From the human T2T-CHM13v2.0 reference genome, Homo sapiens: a stretch of 64,000 nucleotides of DNA. The stretch is from the NCBI RefSeq assembly GCF_009914755.1, contig NC_060928.1; one strand, given 5' to 3'. Shown in pieces: positions 58,970 through 64,000 of this stretch. Position 1 is the stretch's first letter. The number at the start of each line of letters is the position of its first letter. A model generated the notes under the pieces. The model was not told the DNA's origin. It saw only the letters and a program-made list of their open reading frames with translations, and made no database searches. A program made the position numbers and the translations under genes.

Positions 58970-60165
58970 ATCAATTTTATAGAGGTATAGTGCACAAACA
59001 TTAAAATACACTCATTTTAAGTGTACAGTTGGAGTTTTGATAAATGTATTTACCTATGTAACCACCATAATCAGTACACAGAACATGTTCATCTGCTAGA
59101 AAAATTCTGTCAGGCTTCTTTGTTGTCATACTCCCCACACCACCCCAGGATGAGGAAATCACTGGTCTCATTATAGATTAGTTTCACTCATTCTACAATT
59201 TTATATAAATGGTCTCTTACAGTATGTACTACTGTGTATCTGCCTCCCTTCCTTTAGCATAATGTCTTTAAGATTCATTCATGTTGTTTGGATTCACACT
59301 TTATTTTTATTGTGTGTTTTATGGCTGTACAACAATTTATCCGTTTACCTGTTGAAGTATGAGTAATCTGTGAACATATTTTTTTCCGTTGCTGTTAGAT
59401 AATACCTTGAAGTGGGATTTCTGGGTTGTGTGGTAAGTGTCTGTTTAACTTTACAAGAAACTGTCAAATTGATTTCCAAAGTGGTTATACCAATTTGCAT
59501 TTTATGAGAGCAATGTATGAGAGTTCCTGTTGTTCCACATTCTCAGCAGCACTTCGTGTTGGTATTCTTTTTAATGTTAGCCCTTCTCGTGTATGTATAC
59601 TATTATCTCACTGTGGTTTTCATTTGCATTTCCCTTGTCATTGGTAATATTTTGAGCATCTTTTCATGTGCTTGTTTGACCATTCTTACATCTTTCTTTT
59701 GGTGAAATGTCCAATTTTTTGCCAGTATTTCGCATTGGATTATCTTCTTATTAATGTGTTGTAGGAATTCTTTATTCTGCATACCAGTCCTTTATTAGCT
59801 GTATGTTGCTTATTTTTTTTCAATTTCTTAATGGTGTCTTTCCAAGAGCAAAAGTTATTAATTAATTTAGATTAAGTCCATTTTAAAAATATTTTTCTTC
59901 TATGGTTTGGTATGCTAAGAAATCTGCCCTTCCCCAAGGTTGCAAAGATTTTCTCTTTTGTTTTCTTCTGTAAGTTTTAGTTTTTGTGTGAGCCATTCTG
60001 AGTTCATTTTTTTGTTGTTGTTTTATATGAAGTCAGGTTAAAGTTATTTTTCTCATGGTAAAAGTTCTTTTTCTCCAGTTGTAGCACCATTTGTTGAGCT
60101 GACTCTTATATTTCTCCATTGAATTGTCTTGAAGTCTTTGTCAAATGTCAGTCAACCACATATTT
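58970..60165 (-). mobile_element. L1M 3' fragment
   Basis: GAAACTGTCAAATTGATTTCCAAAGTGGTTATACCAATTTGCAT...CATTTGCATTTCCC. Confidence 0.8.
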
Positions 60166-60415
60166 GGAAAGCTTTTTAAAATTTAATCACCTTGAAGTTT
60201 ATAATCTTTGCCCGTCAAATTTTTAAAAGATAATGTTTAAAATATTTTTATTTAGACTAGTTACTAAATACAGTTAATTATATGATACATACTTGAACTA
60301 CTAGCAGCTGCATATCTAAATTTTTTAAAAATATAAAGTAACTCAGAGTCTGTCTTTTCATGTAACACATTGATTACAAGGTTTTGTTTTGTCTTTATTC
60401 ATTGTGTTTTTTTAA

Positions 60416-60595
<180 letters not shown>

Positions 60596-60984
60596 TAAAA
60601 ATTCTCAATGTTTTTCTATTATCACAGTCAACTAGGAATACTAGTACTCTGAATATAAAATGAATATAGAGGATAATTTCAAATTTGACTTTCAGTAGAG
60701 CTGAGGAAATTTTAGTAATTTTTGTTAGTATTTTGGAATGAACCTTTTCTCATCGGTGGCCTCAGAAGCACCTTCAGGAGTTACCCACTATTATGGTCAC
60801 ACAATCACAGAAGAGGCTTCATTAGTAGCTCTTTCTAGAAGTACATTTTAAGTGATTTAGTAAACTGGAAAAGTCCGAAACAGCTAGGTCATTTTTGGAT
60901 GCATTATAAAGCAATTCAAAATTCTTAAATGATGTCAATCCGCTTAAGTTTTAAGTAACTTTTTTTACAGTTAAAAATAATCTG

Positions 60985-61292
<308 letters not shown>

Positions 61293-61365
61293 TCTGAAAA
61301 AAATGATTCAAACATCTCTTCTCATGGGAAGGAAAGGAATGATACATTTTTGCTTCTCTTTTTAA

Positions 61366-61596
<231 letters not shown>

Positions 61597-62749
61597 TAGC
61601 TTTCCTTGGCTGTGAAAAGATAATAACAAATAGATAACAAAATTCGTCTTTTGATTTATGCATTTCTCTGAGAGCTGTAGTTTTACCTGACCAGTTTGAT
61701 TCCATGAGTTGTTTGAGTTTCTTCATGCACTCAGACTGTGGTAGGCCTGAGGCAATCTGGACAGTTACCAAATAAAGCAATAATGTGGCATTTCATTCAA
61801 GGAGTTAATTATCAGCTTGGAGCAGAAAAACATGAGTTAGTAATTTGGCATAAATGCCAAAATTAAATTTACTGGTAGTGAATGCAACAGCAGTTCAAAG
61901 TTACTATTGCTGTAGTTTGTTCTTAACCTCGTTTTTATTCAACTCTGTCTTGTTACTGTTATCCCATAACTAATTTTTACAAGCCAGGTTCTGTAACTTG
62001 GGTCCAGAATGAAACCTCACAATACTGTGTACCATTACAGTTTAGAAATACATCTAACTCTTGTGTGGATGTTCAGGATGATTTTGTTAGCAACCTTTAA
62101 ACATATTAATGAAATAATGTGTAATCATAAAAGTAACTCATTTAATCAAGGGTAGTAAGATTGAGAATTAACAGTTATCCACAAAAAACTAAAATAAAGG
62201 CTTTTTAAAAATTCTTAATGAAGCTGTATCTCTTTTCCTTTCACAGATTATTGATACTCTTAGATTCAGACATTTTATGTTTTTCAAAAGACACCTAGTT
62301 TTAAGCCCAGAAATAGTATATATGTGTGTAAGAATAGAAGCATTGGAACAAGACAACTTGGGTTCATATTCCTGGTTCTAGACTTACAAACTTTGTGAAC
62401 TTGGGCAAATTTCTAATTTCTCTCTGCCTCAGTTTCCTTACCCAAAATAGAGACAGTAATTGTACCTCAAAGAAGTAAATGAGTAAGACAACTGGCAAAT
62501 AGTGACCATTCAGTTACCTTTAGCTCTTATTATTTTAATGGCAGATCTCTTTCTTTTTTTATACTTGTTTTAGGGGCTATACAAGGAGTTTTAAAATACA
62601 ACATGCATCTCCAGTGTCAAGAAAAATCACATCTAGTTTTTAATCATAAAAATACCATTGTATACTATATATCTACATATCTATGCTCTTTTTAAATATA
62701 TCTTAACATTTTTATATAGATCAATTTTTATTTTTATTGGGCAATTTGA

Positions 62750-62977
<228 letters not shown>

Positions 62978-63209
62978 TAAAAATCTTATTTTAAAACTGA
63001 ATTTTATAACTTTAATTTCTGTATATGTTAAATAATATATATTAAAAATACATAAATATATAAGTTAAATATATATACCTATATCTAATATAGAAATATA
63101 TAAATTACATATATTTCTGTATATGTATAAATATATAAATTATATATAATTTCTATATATAGTTTATATATAGAAATTAAATTATATTAAAGTTATTTTT
63201 AATAACTTT

Positions 63210-63490
63210 ATTTTGAAGAGGTGAGAGTTCACTCTTGTCCAGCCTAGAGTGCAGTGACACAATCATAGCTCTCTGCAGTCTTGAACTCCTGGGTTCAAGC
63301 TCTCCTCACGTCTTAGCCTCCTGAGTAGCTAGGACTACAGGCACATGCCACCACACCTGGCTAAATTTTAAAAAGTTATTTGTAGAGATAGGGTCTTGCC
63401 ATGTTGCTCAGAGTGGTCTTGAACTGCTGGCCTCAAACGATCCTCTTACCTCAGCCTCCCAAAGTGCTGGGATTACAGGGGTACCCAGAC
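63210..63490 (-). mobile_element. AluJ (antisense, diverged)
   Basis: GAGTGCAGTGACACAATCATAGCTC...CCCAAAGTGCTGGGATTACAGG. Confidence 0.88.
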
Positions 63491-64000
63491 CTATTATATT
63501 TTATATATTTATTAATATGAGTTCTTTAATACACCTATACTAAATCTAAATATGCAAAATATCCTGGTTTGTTCTTAATTCTAACCTGGGATACTTGTAT
63601 ATATGTGTTTCGATGTTTTAACTTACTTACAGATATAATTCACTCATGGCACATTCAAGTAATAAGGAAGTTTATAAAATTAAGTGAAGGGACTCCTTTT
63701 CTGGCAATCCCTGACCTTCCCCCTCTTTACTTAGTATTTCCATTTCCACATTATAAGCATGTCTCTTTATGGTTCTATGCTTTTTTCTTTATGGACAGAG
63801 CATAATTTAACTGATAGTGATAGACTTTACAGGCTGATTTAAGATTTTTGCTTCAGCAACATCTTTTTTCACACATACCTTTATACGTTTTTGCCTAGAG
63901 CCATAGCATAAAATTCCTTCAGAGGAATTTCTGGGTCAGGATATGTTTACTTTTAATTTTGACAGATGTGGCTCAGTTGCCCTCTTGAAAGACTGAACTA

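Noticed and set aside
63020-63205. AT-rich quasi-palindromic tract
   Set aside because: Low-complexity (TA)-rich sequence with no specific structure

Overview
Primate DNA, almost certainly human because it carries a human-specific AluYb8. The window holds the 5' part of USP53 on the + strand. It contains a CpG-island promoter (~5.4-6.3 kb), four probable 5' non-coding exons (one probably from an old repeat, one an exonised Alu) and a first coding exon with a 542-nt uATG-rich leader. Eleven coding exons (ATG at 32856, 1435 nt, aa 1-478) encode the whole USP domain with C41/H301/D318 intact; the gene continues beyond the window. Introns are filled with transposons: about 17 Alus, an antisense L1PA with TSDs and an internal deletion, a full-length Tigger1 carrying a retroposed 28S rRNA 3' end, and LTR, MER and old L1 fragments. 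Almost all listed ORFs are repeat-derived noise. I see no unambiguous new system. The best leads are all untested inferences: (i) an L1 antisense-promoter exon that would splice in frame to give a USP53 isoform lacking Cys41; (ii) a U12-like donor and a perfect U12 branch point in different introns, bracketed by inverted Alus, which suggests back-splicing; (iii) a uORF-dense, transposon-built 5'UTR; (iv) an apparently perfect 204-bp tandem duplication next to a coding exon. Repeat subfamily calls are from memory of consensus sequences, and repeat boundaries are approximate.
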